DNA from: Cystobasidiomycetes sp. EMM_F5
Lineage: Eukaryota
Reading direction: 5' to 3'
Assembly (NCBI GenBank): GCA_051047955.1
Contig: JBPGPT010000002.1
Location: 496,001 to 560,000, forward strand
DNA length: 64,000 nt
This document shows positions 1 through 13,135 of this stretch, one piece after another. Position 1 is the first letter of the stretch. Each line of letters starts with the position of its first letter. Below the pieces are notes generated by a model, which searched no databases, was not told where the DNA came from, and saw only the letters and a program-made list of their open reading frames with translations. A program made the translations under genes and the position numbers.

Positions 1-783
1 AAGCCGTTCATCATGATTGCTCAAGAACCGATGCTACTCGCACTCACGCTGTACCTTTCGTTCGTCTACGGTATCGTCTACCTGCTCTTCGAGGCTGTTC
101 CTCTGGTATTCCAAGACAACCACGGCTGGAACTCGCTTCAAGGCGGATTGGCCTTCCTCGGCTTACCCTTGGGCGGAACGATTGCGACTGTCATTTACGC
201 GCTATATTTCAACAAGATCTACATGGCGAAGCATCAGGCTCGCAAAGGAAAGATGGTACCACCTGAGGAACGTCTGAAGCCACTCATGGTGGCTGCACCG
301 TTGTTTGCCATTGCATTCTTCTGGATCGGCTGGACGGCATATCCCAGCATCAACCCGGTCTCTCCTCTATTGGCAATCTGCTTGCTTGGACTGACCATCC
401 TTTGGATGTTCTTGTCCATTTTTAATTACCTTATCGATGCTTGTGAGTCTATTGCATGATCACACGCTGAGAAGGCCGGTGTTAAGATCGTGAATGCAGA
501 CCTCGTGAACGCAGCCTCCGCATTGGCTATCAATACTGTAGTCCGATCTGGTGAGTGGCGTTACCGTGGCAGTTGTCCAAGACAACGAATCTAACAATCT
601 TCCGCAGCTTTCGGCGCTGGCTTCCCGCTCTTCGCTGGCCAGATGTACTCGAAGCTGACTATTCCAGGCGCTAGTAGTCTTCTTGGAGGCCTAGCTCTGG
701 TCTTTACGCCAATTCCCTTCGTTCTTTACAAGTACGGCAAGGCAATCCGTGGACATTCAAAGAACGCACTGGTCTTGGACTAA
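1..783 (+). CDS. MFS drug:H+ antiporter (DHA1-like), 3' part truncated by window edge
   Basis: EPMLL..YLSFVYGIVYLLF and PPEERL motifs, NYLIDA, then spliced exons ASALAINTVVRS..FGAGFPLF; stop TAA at 781-783; two introns. Confidence 0.9.
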
Positions 784-1103
784 AGACGAGCTTATCTTAC
801 AAAAGTCAAGCTGAATGGTTACGGAGCTTTTACGTCGGTCGACATGTTGGCATACAGTATATCAGCATGAGCCGGATGGTCTCAATTTTAGAGTTTTAAC
901 ATAGAACGCCCAGCGAAGGCCTAATTGTCAATGTCAAGCAATATGTGTAGCGCTCTGTTAGAAACCGAAGCTTGTTGAATTAGCTGGCTCGCCGTAGACT
1001 GCAAGAAGCGCGTCCTTGCTGTGATCACGTGCGAAAATCGCAAGCCTACCCAGCTGCGAATGGTTCCCTTCTCAGCCAAACCACTACTCTAATACTGTTG
1101 ACA

Positions 1104-2578
1104 ATGCCGGACACGTATGCCGTTGTTGGCGGAGAAGGGTTCCTCGGTCATGCCTTAGTCTTAGCGCTGCGGCAGCGGTATCCCTCCGCCAAAGTCGTAT
1201 CGCTCGATATCGTGCAGCGCCACTTTCCCGAGAAGGATCAATGGGCGTTCGCCAATTGTGACCTGACAATCCTGGAAGACGTCACGAGGGTATTCAACGA
1301 ACACAAAGTCTCCACCGTCCTCCATACAGCATCGCCGTGGATAGGAGCCAGCAAGGCTGTTTGCGAAAAGGTCAATGTTGGCGGAACTACAAACGTTGTA
1401 GAGGCTTGCAAAGCGACTGGCGTTCGAAAGCTTGTATACACCAGCTCCGGCGGAGTCGTCTTTGATGGACGCGATGTGATCAACGTCGACGAACGGTGTA
1501 CCGCGCCCGAAAGCTCAGGGCAAGACGATGTATATGCATACAATATAAGCAAGGTAGGCCGCACTGGTATTAGTGCGCGGATCTCTACACTCTAACAAGT
1601 ATCTACAGGCTCGTGCCGAGGCTGTGGTGCTGGCAGCCAACGATAAAGACGGATTGTTGACGTGTGCACTGCGAGCTGCTGGTATCTTCGGGTACGCTAG
1701 GCTCTACGCGTCAAATTCGGACATGAACTAATGTTGTACGACTGTGCGTCCGTCACCACCTTCGCAATCCTGTGTTATCCTCTAGTATTGGAGACCGCCA
1801 AAACGTTCCCGGCTGGCTGGCAGCATATAAGGCTGGAAAGACAAAGTTTCAGATGGGCGACAATACGAACCTTTGCGATTGGACATACATTGACAACATT
1901 GTTTATGCTCATCTTTTGGCTGCGGAGAAGCTGGGAACGAGTGTCCCCGTAACTGTCTTTGCAGAGCGGATAGCACCCGTCAGTGCGAGCTTGCCCAGGA
2001 GGTCTATTCCGTCAACTGTGACAGCGCCTTTGTCGCGGGACGATTCTGAAAAGCACACGCATGACATCAATCCACCCATACCAGCAAAGCGCAACCGATA
2101 CGATCAATGGTTTGGCTTCGTGGCTGACCCATCAAGCGGCGAAACGGACCAGCTGCCAATAGCCGGAGAAGCGTACTACATTGCACAGGGTGAACCGGTG
2201 CCTTTCTGGAGCTGGGGTACAAGCATATGGTATGCCTACTCTGGCTGGGATAGACCAATGCGGACATTGGCGCCGTCCATCGGATTAGCATACGCAACTG
2301 TCGAGAATCTCGTCTGCAAGTTGCTCGGCCGACCGTCGTCCATCCCAAAGTCCGCTATCAGACTGTCATTCATATCGAGATATTACAATATCGAAAAAGC
2401 ACGGCGTATGTTGGGTTATGAGCCGCAAGTTGGCCTAGTGGAAGGCTTGAACCGAACAATGAAGGTGTGTATTAGTTGAGTAGTTAGCAGTGTACTCCAT
2501 TTCTGACGATGGCAATATGTGCCGCAGTGGTACAAGGAGAATGAAGCTAGCATTTCTGCGCCGGAATACAAGTCGTGA
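1104..2578 (+). CDS. ERG26: 3-beta-hydroxysteroid dehydrogenase/decarboxylase (ERG26/NSDHL-like extended SDR)
   Basis: VVGGEGFLG Rossmann motif, HTASP, VNVGGT, LVYTSS, YNISK catalytic motif, FQMGDNTNLCDWTYIDN, RYYNIEKARRMLGYEP; three introns. Confidence 0.8.
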
Positions 2579-2786
2579 CTGAACAAGCGTAGGCTCTGTA
2601 GTACTACGGTCCTGAATCCAGGTGTCCTCGTTGTTGTAGCTATATTCGCTCTTTCCTTCTGGCAGTCTCTCCTTTTCTTCCAAGAAGCCTCCTCTTCAAA
2701 TTTTGCCGGCCGATCACAGCCACGCCGGACTCCCTAAAGAGACCTAGCCCTAGCTCACTATTGAGGGAGCACGCAACACAGCAACC

Positions 2787-3472
2787 ATGGCAGTCAAGAA
2801 GGTCAAGAAGTCGGCAGAGAACAGTCAGTTTATGCAGAAAATATGCCCAAATCATGCAGCGAGGTCGATGCGATTGGGGAATGGATGCAGCACGGCCAGT
2901 TGAAGTTGGAGGATATCTGACACAGGCGTGCATTGGGCAATCTGTATCGGATGTTTCCTTGGACATTATGCCGATACACGACTCCGTTCCCCGATGCGCT
3001 CGAAGGCTGCAGCTTCGACAGTATGCTGATATGTCGGATAATTGCAGTCAACTCGCGCCTGGCGCTTGTGATGAAGTCTGGAAAGTACTCTTTGGGATAC
3101 AAGAGCACATTAAAAGCTATGCGAAGCGGAAAGGGTCAGTCAGGGCTCGCCACTTACATTTGCGATGGCAAAGCGCTGAGACTGGAAATCTGCGCAATCT
3201 TCCATTCTACAGCCAAGCTCATTCTCGTTGCCGGCAATACACCACCTCTGAGGCGGTCAGAACTCGAATACTACGCCATGCTGTCCAAAACACCCGTGCA
3301 TCATTATTCCGGATCGAATGTTGTTCTCGGAACGGCGGCAGGCAAATTGTTCCGTGTTGGGTAGGCTGCCATGCGTGACCTGTATATCCGCGCACGGCTG
3401 ATGAGCGTATTTCTCAGTGTCATGACCGTCGTTGATGCTGGTGACTCCGATATCCTGACAACAACTGCGTGA
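2787..3472 (+). CDS. RPL30: 60S ribosomal protein eL30
   Basis: [78 protein letters not shown]; intron 1 at 2824-3047. Confidence 0.97.
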
Positions 3473-3949
3473 ACGACTGGTTGAGCCCGGTCGCCCTGCA
3501 ATTAGCCAGCAGTGTCTTCGTAGTTCATCCGCCTCAAGAGCTGGGACCGGAGATTACATGCACTATGGCATGCACTACATATAGCATGGTGTAGTCGATG
3601 CTACTTGGCCCGGTCATTGTCGATTTCTCGAGCATGTTTGTGTAATGCAGTCAAAACGAGCAGACGTCTGGTTGGGAGTCCTCGTGGTCGGCTGCGCAAA
3701 TTGACAGGGTCGCCATCCATCCATAGTTTTAGCTAATGCTTTTCCATCGTCGCAACCTGCTGACATGGAGATCCGCAAGCTGTTCTGGTCGAGACAACGC
3801 AAGTTTGATACGTGGTAGTTTCAAAGCAGTCTAACGATGAATCTCAAATTGACAACTGATTGTACTTCGCTATGCTAGTGAGATAGCACTATCATATCCT
3901 AGGCTTACGAGGGAAACCAGGCCATGCCAAGGCAGCTTTCGAAACTGAT

Positions 3950-5184
3950 TCACTTGGAAAGAAACAGCTCGGTGACCTGCTTGAGAGTATCTTCTGGGCC
4001 ATGTACGGCATGTCCAATTGTTCTCGGGTCGACGTAAATTTCATAATCGTTTCCTCCTTCGTGCGTCTTGTCTCCAAAGAAATGAATCTCACGGTAGCCT
4101 TCGTGCTCAACATGTCGGAGCGCATAAGTCTTGTTCCATCCGGTCGGGAAGACGTCAAACGATATCTGGCCGCCGATGGAATACGTCAAGCCGTACGAGC
4201 TGAACTTTTCCCTGAGGGCGGCGATGAAGGTTTTGCGGATGTTGTGGACGTTATCGTAAGCCTCAAAGTCTAGTCGTTCTTGGATGCTAGACAAAGACAG
4301 TGGTCAAATCTTTCCTATGCCTGACAGCGGGATACGGGCACCCACGTTGCATTTCTGCCAATTGGCGAAACATTGATCATACCGCGACGGAACTCGATGA
4401 ACGTCCCACTAGAAACACGACCATTGCGAGTGAGAGGGATATGTTCAAGCAGGTTATATAGGTTATACGCACCGCTTGATGGGAATATCCAGGTCCGCAA
4501 TGTAGTGCAGAATGAATTTGACCATCTCCTTGTACTTCTCCTCGCCGATATGGCCAATCCACGATTGCGAGGCGAGCGGTTGACCGAGTTTGTATGCAGT
4601 CAATCCATTCTCCGAGAAGCAGTAGTCAAACTCCTCCAGTACTGTTTTCAAAGGTCAATGAACGTGTCAATAAGCGATCAATGAACGATTTGCAAGAAAC
4701 ACTGTGTACAGACCATTTCTCCCATCGACACCGAGCTGCTCGACTTGTTTAGTCAGATCAGACCCACCGACGAAGCCGACAACGTAGTCTTTGCGGAGTT
4801 GCTTTAGCATTTCCAGAATTTGTGGTGTGGCAGCCTAGATGCGTTTACGAGTACCAGCGGATGGCGAATTTTGCGCGAATGCATGGACCAAACGTAATAG
4901 ACGCTTTCCACAGTCAGTTCTTGCATTGTTGCTCGGACGCGTTGGCGCTGCAAATGCAGGCACTTTCGCGTCTGCAAATGGCAGACTCACGCGTCTCGCT
5001 GGTGTGAGCGTTTCATCGACTGTGCAGACACATGACAGAACATTCAGTGGCTGCACGTCAACAGCACTTTTGGCTACCAGTTGCTGTTGATATTCTACAG
5101 GCAACTCGCATCTGAAACCAGACACTCACCATCAAACAGGACGAGGACGTCGCCATGTTTGCGTCCTTTGAACTCGGTAGCCAT
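3950..5184 (-). CDS. SEC53: Phosphomannomutase (HAD superfamily)
   Basis: Spliced motifs [90 protein letters not shown]. Confidence 0.95.
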
Positions 5185-5539
5185 GGTTGCTAAATCTCGC
5201 ACAGAAATGCAGGTAGATGTACGGAAAGAAAGCACCAAAGTGTCGAAATTGCAAGCACGCGTTCAGGCACGACATCGAAACCGATAAATATACATTGCGA
5301 GCAAACAAAGACAGTATATTGAGTCCTTATTCAATCGCTGCATTGCATCATTTGACATGGCCGATGTTCAGATCTTTCTAGGCCGAGTTGGTTTTCACGC
5401 GCGTGTTTGCTACAATCAGGTCCAGCGCTGTCTCGTACAAATACAGTGTCCACAGGCTCCACATGTTTGATAAGCGCTGGCATCATGTGTCAGGACAATC
5501 ACAATAATTATGATTGACCGAAAGCTAGAGCGTCGAAAT

Positions 5540-7961
5540 TCAAACGGCCGCATTGCCCACGGAAGCCATTTTGCTCATGGAAGAATGGAATGGTAGAATG
5601 GTCGCCCAAAGACCTGATGCTTGCCCTCCATTGTGAGGCACGGCTCTTACAGTGGGCCATCTGCACACAGGAGCCCGGTCAGCGGTACCGCGAGTACCCC
5701 GCCCTCAGATGAAACGCTTACATTGTAACGATGAAAGGGCTGAATACAGGCAAAATGGGAAGATACGTGTGAGCTTGATTTTACCAAAACCTGTAAAGAC
5801 TTACATCGCGTTGTTCCTACTCGTCCTCAGTCGGATGACTTCGGCTAACGCAGTTTAGTAATCATCAGTGTATCATGCAAGTATGCGAAGCAGTTTTGCA
5901 CATACCGACCGGCACATCCGAATTGGCCTCGTCAACGACTGGAGTACCCACCGTCTGACCTCTGGTAGCAACGAGTCGTGCCAAGTGGCGAAGCTTATCC
6001 TTGTCTACATCGGCAACGAGTGTCAATAGGTTGACATTCATAAGCTGCGAAGTCTCAAAGCTCAACCATTCGGCACATTCACTCTAGACGACAGAATCCG
6101 AAAGCGCTATCAGCAGACTCGCGCATGAAGGCTTCCACGTTGGCCTACTTACGGATAGTTGTATGAGATGGTAGTCCGGACTGAGAATGACTGTACCAAG
6201 ACGATTGTTGATACTGGTTGCAGAATAACCCTGCCCAATCATGGACAATGGGACAGACTGCTCAGGAAGGGACGCTGTCGGAACTCGAGATGCAAGGTGG
6301 GGACGAGACTCGTATGAAGCGTCGGTTGAATGAGGTGGAATTGGGCGTAGGTTTCGGGAATCCTGCAGAAGTTGCGTGGGTGAATCGCATCGTTGCCGAT
6401 GGTCTGATAGCAATGTTAAGTGATTACTGCGAGACGAGACTTGGGATGCGGCAGATGCCGACCGCCTTGTATCGTGCGTTACGGCTGTGGTATGACCAGC
6501 CTGCGCACTACTGTACGGCATACCGTGTGGCTGTTCTTGAGACAGATTGTGCTGCAAATCTGGAAGCGACGGCTTCCTGGGAAATGCGTGCGGCATTTGC
6601 GAGTTTGGCTGTACGCCCTGCGTGTGTTTGTACGGGTCGACCAGGTTGCGCGTCTCCGTATGAGATCTGAGGGGCTCTGCAGATTGACTTAATCCCACTG
6701 TTTTGTTGGAAGCGGGTACAATACTAGACGGCCGTGCGTCCGCCGCATCATTGCGGATTGCGGTGCCTTTGGCGTTATGAGAGGTAGCAGAGGCTCGTCG
6801 AATATCCTCCACCTGGGTATTCGAACCGTGTATAGCTGTGGCTGTACTGACATTTGCCGGCTGCCAGCGCGCTCGCAGCTTCATTGCTTCTGCATAATGT
6901 CTTGCTGCTTCTGCAAGCATGACCGAGCCATGATGATCTTCCGGCTGATTACCAAAGTCACTCTTGTCCAAAGGCAGTTGTGTGGACGGATTGGTTTGCG
7001 TATCGCTGTGCCGGTGCATGGCAAAAGACATCGCGCCAGACTCTTCTCTTGTTCGCTTCTCTCGCCGCGCAAGCTGAACGGTACTCGGCTGCGGTGCTAG
7101 GCCTACTCTCCCCGAAGTATCAGCTGCAAGGGTATGCGCCCGATGTTGTTCAGGCATCAAGCAGGGCTGGACGGGCGCTCGAGTCGCCGCATATGGAGGT
7201 CGCGAGATATCGGCCGGCGCAGGAACACTCGGTCCGACATTGAAGCTCACAGAAGGCTCAAGGCGAGCGGCCAAATCCTGGCTAAGAGCGTCCGGCTCGA
7301 TACTGCGGAGCAGCACGCTCGAGCTCCGCCCTGACATTGCAAGCTGTGTGAGTGACCCGAAATCATTCGCCTTAGGATTGACCCTCACGCCAGCCAGCCA
7401 CTGTCTGAGTACTGTATCTGCTGCAAGCCCAACGATAGACCGCCGGCGAATTGGAGCATCTTTCGCTGCAATATCCATACCGTATACGCGAGGAAGCAGA
7501 AAATCACTCGATTGAAATGGGAGTTTATCGTATCTGTATCGATTATAATCCGGAGGTAGCGCGCCAGAGGCTACCATGTATGCCGTCCAGGCGTCCGGTA
7601 CCGCAGGACTCAAGTCAAATGACATAATTTGACTCCCGGCTACTTCGACCAGAGAAGGTAGCTTCAAGACCGGCTTGCCAACATTGCTGTCAGACGGAAG
7701 AGATGTAGCAGAAATCGAAGTTGAAGCCGAAGCTTGCGCATTCTGTGTATGCTTGTTGACTGGTTGCTCAGCTTCGGCAGCTCGAGCAGTCTGTGTTCTC
7801 TTCCGCCGCTGTCGTTTCGGTGGCCTGGCTGCAGTATCTTCTGCGGCTACAGGATGCGTCGCTTGTGATCGTATCGAATTGCTGGTTCCTGCCGCATTTT
7901 GTGGCGGCTGTACACGATGTCCCGCAGTTTGTGCAGGTGCAGTAATAACCATGGTTGCCAT
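5540..7961 (-). CDS. Hypothetical protein: basic NLS-like N-terminus, long low-complexity region, C-terminal PAS-like domain
   Basis: 625-codon ORF plus four small downstream exons joined through canonical GT..AG introns: LGTVILSPDYHLIQLS|SECAEWLSFETSQLMNVNLLTLVADVDKDKL...VIRLRTSRNNAIPFIVTIWPTV..GGQASGLWATILP; stop at 5540-5542. Confidence 0.6.
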
Positions 7962-8636
7962 TGATGTCGGTGAGATTGAAGGAGCGACAATGAGCGGGTC
8001 GAGACTTTGACTTCAGCTTTGAATTGCTTTGCATCGGTAGAGACTGTGGGGATGTTGAATGTAGCAGATTCTAAACCAAAGACGAGACCTGCTGGAGACT
8101 GAGTGCGCAAGGTGACGGACAGCGCTAATCGTGCCCTTCTTTGTTTCAACCGAGAGGGTTGCCCGCTACTAAATGACAGTGTCCAACGTTGAACGCAAAA
8201 GTACGGCGTTTTACTCTGCCGAAGCGACAGCCAACAGCGTGTCGATCAAATTCTGAAGACTGTCAGCATGGGAAGTATGATTGCAGTGTTCACAGAGGGA
8301 CGGGACAGGTATCAGTAAGGTGGAGCAGGCTTGCTAGCAGTAGAAAGAAGACCAAAGCCCTGAAACAAAACATGACCGCTGAGAACTGGCGCACGCAGCA
8401 CAACCGAAGGATTACGTAAGACCGCGTTTGACGGTTCTGCATAGCCTAGCGCGTCAACGTTGAACCCAAACTGAAAGCGCACCAGCCAGCGTTAGACCGT
8501 TCAGCGGACCAGAACTTAGCCGTTAACGGCGGCTCAGTTACGGCATGCGATGGTCAAGGACGCATTGACCGCGTCATGCCTCGACTATGATCTCGCTTGG
8601 CTTGCTCTGCCCCCCGTACGCTTAGCTTTAATGACG

Positions 8637-10550
8637 CTACACTGCAATAAGCCGGGCAATACTAGGGCCATATTGCTGTGGAGGTTGTTGTCAGGTCACT
8701 TAGCATCGTCTGGCTTGAATCACACTCACATTATACGCCTGCTTGGTCATCCATTCTCCACCTTGCGATTCCATAAAGCCCATCTTTGCGTATATACATC
8801 CTCCGAGGAAACCAGTCAAGTCAGGGCGATCCCTATACTCGCTAAAGTATTCGGGCGTCTTTTGATGCTTTGCACGTACGCGAAGGCTGCCAGAGTGCAC
8901 AGGCTGGGCGTTGTCCTGCTCGGAATGCGCTTTGGCCAGCGCAGCCTGCACGACTGGAGAATACGAGCAATCTGCTGCGTAACGGTGGAGTGATGAGACT
9001 AGACATTGCGCAAGTCCTGTCGGTTTTGTCAGTATCATCAATCTCATATCACAACAGGTGCTCACATACCTTTCACGCCCGCCATGCCTCCGGTCAAAAC
9101 AATACTCTCCCAAACGTTGTAACGGTCCTCCATCTTGGCAAGTCTGCCGATGGACGCCGCTACGACTTCTTGTAGAGAAGGCACACTGGCTTTGCTTCGC
9201 GCGTTCCCAAATGGCACTTTGGCCAGCACAGATGGATCAAACAGCGGATCAGCAAAGCGATGTCTTTCTGGTCCAATATTGATTGGCTCGGCCGAGGGAT
9301 CACTTGGGTGTGGCAGTAGTAACCTGTCACCTTCCGTAATGACGGTCACTCCCGAATCGTGAACATGTCCCTTCATGAGCTTGGCAATTTTTCCAGAGGC
9401 CAGCGCTTTCGCCACATCTGTGATGCCCTCCTCCTCCTCTGCGGCTTCTCCCGCGAGTGGCCCGTTACTCCCGTCGACGAGGGCATGCAGTGCTGATCCG
9501 GGGGCAAATGTGAACTTGAGATACTCTCCGTCTTTGAGCACCTGTATGATTGGTCGCAATGCGTCGAACAACGCTTCGCCGGCCAAGCCCCCTGACCCAG
9601 ACGGGGTTCCATGATCTGAGTGCAAATGAGTCGAGGATTGTAGGAGTTTCGGCAGGTCCGGATTTGCTTGAACCAAGATGTACGCCAGATATGCGTCACA
9701 ATCGTCTTCGCCTACGTCGCAGATTAAAGAGCTCGGTGCATGAAGTGTTGTATCGTTGATCACAGATATATGAGTATATCTCGGACCGACGTCAACGACA
9801 GCTCCCATCAAGGAAGCGCACGAGTAGAGCTGGGTGACGGCTCGGTCAATAAAAAGTAGATTTGACACGCCTAGTCGCTCAAAGAAGACTCGTGCCAGAG
9901 TCTCGTGAGATGAGATTGAAAATGTTGGGGGGAGGGCAACGAGAAACATATAGTTGACAGGCTTGGCGGAGAGGCCGAGTCGAGTGACGATAATGTGCCG
10001 TCTGTTTGATTATCGCCTCAGCCCAAGTTTGAGTAGACTGAGTGCAGTGAGCAGCTGTCCACCCACAGTATAACTTCCAGGGCAATCCAATCTCGTACTC
10101 CATCGTTTTGTCGACCTTTGCCTTTATTGTCTTTGCCAACGGTGCTAACCATGCTCCCTGTCCCTGTGTCCATTATCGCATCCTCACTCTGCGCTTGTAG
10201 CGAAGGGTCGGAAGGAGCAGTAACGTCTCGCTCGTCTGCGTATACGAGCGGCCATATTATATCCAATTGCTCGCCGGAGCGTTCTGCTTCCTGTAACGCT
10301 TGACCGACGAGGTATTCGCTGGCCGGGGTTGCACTTCCTGAAGGGCGCCCTTGTCGCAAAGCTACTCTTGGTACGATTTCCTGCAACCGCAAGGATGAGC
10401 GGTGTTGAACATTGCGTTCAGTTGCAATAGTCTGTGCCCAAGTCTGCAATCACTCACGACTGCCGGTCTTGCGATAACTTCCCCAACTCCCACGCCCGCC
10501 AGTATCAGGTGCGGCTGAATATCGAGGACGCACAAGAAGTCGTCCCTCAT
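8637..10550 (-). CDS. Nuclear actin-related protein (Arp9-like, SWI/SNF-RSC)
   Basis: Actin-fold motifs LARVFFERLGV, GAVVDVG, IGPERHRFADPLFDP, WESIVLTGGMAGVKG, PEYFSEY..LTGFLGGCIYAK, WMTKQAYN|QYGP. Confidence 0.8.
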
Positions 10551-10712
10551 GGTCAACAGTTACCAGCTTGGTTTCAAGTGAAAGTCAAAGACGACGCGCC
10601 GGTCACTTCGGCGTTGTCAGATTATTGATCGATGAATATATTGACCGCTTTGGATGCATGGCTTGCTTTATATCTGACCCTTTGAAGGGCGAGCCTCAAC
10701 AAGCAACCCACC

Positions 10713-13020
10713 ATGTCGGCCAGCGTCAAGCGGAAACCCGTCTACTGCGGCGCCTGCAGCATGGACATCAGCAACGCTGTTCGGATACGGTGTGCCCAGT
10801 TGGCGCCCCCGCCCGCTGCGACAAGGCAGGACGATGCAGGAAATACGATATTACTCTCGTCGTCTGCGACAAAGAAGCACGACCCGGTAGACTCCATTTC
10901 TACAGGCCCGAGAAGCGATGGCCTGGTGCCGACGTGCGAGGAGTTCGACTTGTGCGGTTCGTGCTTTTGCGAGGGCAAAGAGATTGGGAGGCACAAGCGA
11001 TGGCACGACTACCGCGTAGTGGTGCGGCTCTCCCACTTCTCAGCCTCGTTGATGTATCGTCTGACTCTGCCTGACATCAGACGCAACATGCATACCCGAT
11101 ATTCACGGACGATTGGGGCGCTGATGAGCGAGTTAAATATCACAATCATCACACAAAGTCATAACCTAATGCATTCCTGCATCACAGGGAGCTTCTGCTA
11201 ATCTCGGCTTGCCAAACTTTCGGACTTGGTAATTGGCAGGACATTGCCGAGCATATTGGGTCTTACCGGACGCGAGAGGAAGTGGAAGAGCACTACATTT
11301 CCACTTACATTAATATTCCGAGCTTTCCAGAGCCAGTGCGTTGGAGAAATTCTGCAGGAAATCCTTGTATGCGCGATTGAATCCACCTACAGATAGCGGA
11401 CGTCAAGCTCATTGATCAAGATACATTTCAAGCGAGGAAGAAGCAGCGACTAGAAGAGGCGCAGTTGCGTCCAGTTCGTAAGTAATGCAAAGCGCGATAA
11501 ATCCGTCCTGGCTGACAGCTTTGCCTCAGCTATCCCTCCGCCAAAACCGCTGGCATCTGCCCCGACGTGTCACGAGCTGGCGGGATATATGCCTGGCCGT
11601 CTGGAATTCGAGACGGAGTGGGAGAACGATGCCGAGATCCTGATCAAGGACATGGAATTTGGCAATGTACACCGCTACGGCGGAGACGAGCAGCCTTCGA
11701 GAGAGGATGCAATGGCAGCTCACGCAGCCCGCGAAGGACTGCCGATTCAGGTTGATACCGTTGTAGAGCCCGGGACAACTCGAAATCCTCAAGCTTCAGC
11801 ACCGTCTAATCGCGGTCTAGGTGCCGGCGCTTCCGGTGCAGAAGGGGGCGCATCGCTGGCATCAGAGATGAAGGCAGATCAGAATCAGACTGGTGACAAA
11901 GGCAGAGAAGGCAAGGAGGGCAAGGAGGAAGACAAAGCCGAAGAAGTCATTCAAATCTGGGACGAGGCCGACGATGATCTCGAACTCAAGCTCACCATCA
12001 TGGAAATATACAACGAACGGATAGAAAGACGCTTCGACGCAAAGAACTTCATATTTGACCGGGGCTTACTCGAGTACAAGAAGATTGCGCTCGTTGAAAA
12101 GAAGAGAGCGAGGGAAGAGAGGGATCTGCTGAATCGTGTCAAAGTGTTTGCACGACTACAGACATCGCACGATCACGAAGAGTTCTCCAACGGTTTGCTC
12201 TGTGAGCTTCCCACAGAGCATTTTGGACATTTCTGACTAGAAACTTCCGACAGACGAACAGATGTTGCGGAAACAAATCGCCGATCTACAGGAATATCGA
12301 CAGGCAGGCGTGACGACGTTTCCAGAAGCGGAAAAGTATGAGAAGGACAAGGCTGCACGGGTAAGCCACATAGCGCATAGCGCAGCAGCATTGCCGGAGA
12401 CGACCTGATTTGTTTCGCTTGTATAGGTTGCTGCGCGAGGTGGAGACCGCTTTCGAGACGCGCTACTGTTGTCAAGGAGCGGACTTGGACGTGGTGCCTC
12501 GAGTGGCCCTAGCAGGGAAGCCACACCTAAACCTTCATCAACGACCAATGGGTTCGCGACCGGATCCTCCGCCCGACGACTACCTTCTCAACAGCTCAAT
12601 CTTTCCAACTCGGCTTCCCTTCAGCTACTCTCTGCCGAAGAGACAAAGCTTTGCTCAGATTTGCGCATACTCCCGAAGCCCTTCATCTTCATCAAGCAAA
12701 CGCTACTGCGCGAGTTTGCTAGACGTGGTGGGCAGCTAGACAACGAAAGAGCAATCGAGATGCTGAGCAGAGTCGAGCCTCGCATCGTCACTCGTATTTG
12801 GGAGGAGCTGATACTGGGCCCGAATCGTGCAGTGGCAACCCAGCAAGAAGAGGACGCAATTGGAGAATCAGACGATGAGAGCAGTTCATCTGAAGACACA
12901 GGATCTCTAATGGGCGAACTCCAAGAATTGATACAGCAGCAGCAATCGTCTCAGACGCAGCCGCAAGTCTTACTGAACGGGCATGCGCCAATAGGCCTCG
13001 AGGATCTCTTTGAAGTATAA
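10713..13020 (+). CDS. ADA2: Transcriptional adaptor Ada2 (SAGA): ZZ, SANT and SWIRM domains
   Basis: CGACSMDIS..CEEFDLCGSCF..HKRWHDYRVV, PIFTDDWGADE, GLGNWQDIAEHIG, GYMPGRLEFETEWENDAE, LLSAEETKLCSDLRILPKPF. Confidence 0.95.
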
Positions 13021-13135
13021 CGTTCAGTTCAGTATATTTAGTCACCGCGTAAGTAGTTCCAAAATGTCATTGTACTACTACTCGCATATCACTCGTTACT
13101 GCATCTATGCTGCGTTGAATTCCAATCACAAAGCT

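Noticed and set aside
2761..3378. 205-aa ORF over RPL30
   Set aside because: Alternative frame running through RPL30 introns with a TTG start; fully explained by spliced RPL30.
4991..5019. PMM motif I reads DVDETLT rather than DVDGTLT
   Set aside because: The catalytic DxDxT is intact and E at this position is common in HAD enzymes.
8183..8470. Two copies of CAACGTTGAAC upstream of the PAS-like gene
   Set aside because: A short two-copy match could be chance and I cannot assign a factor.
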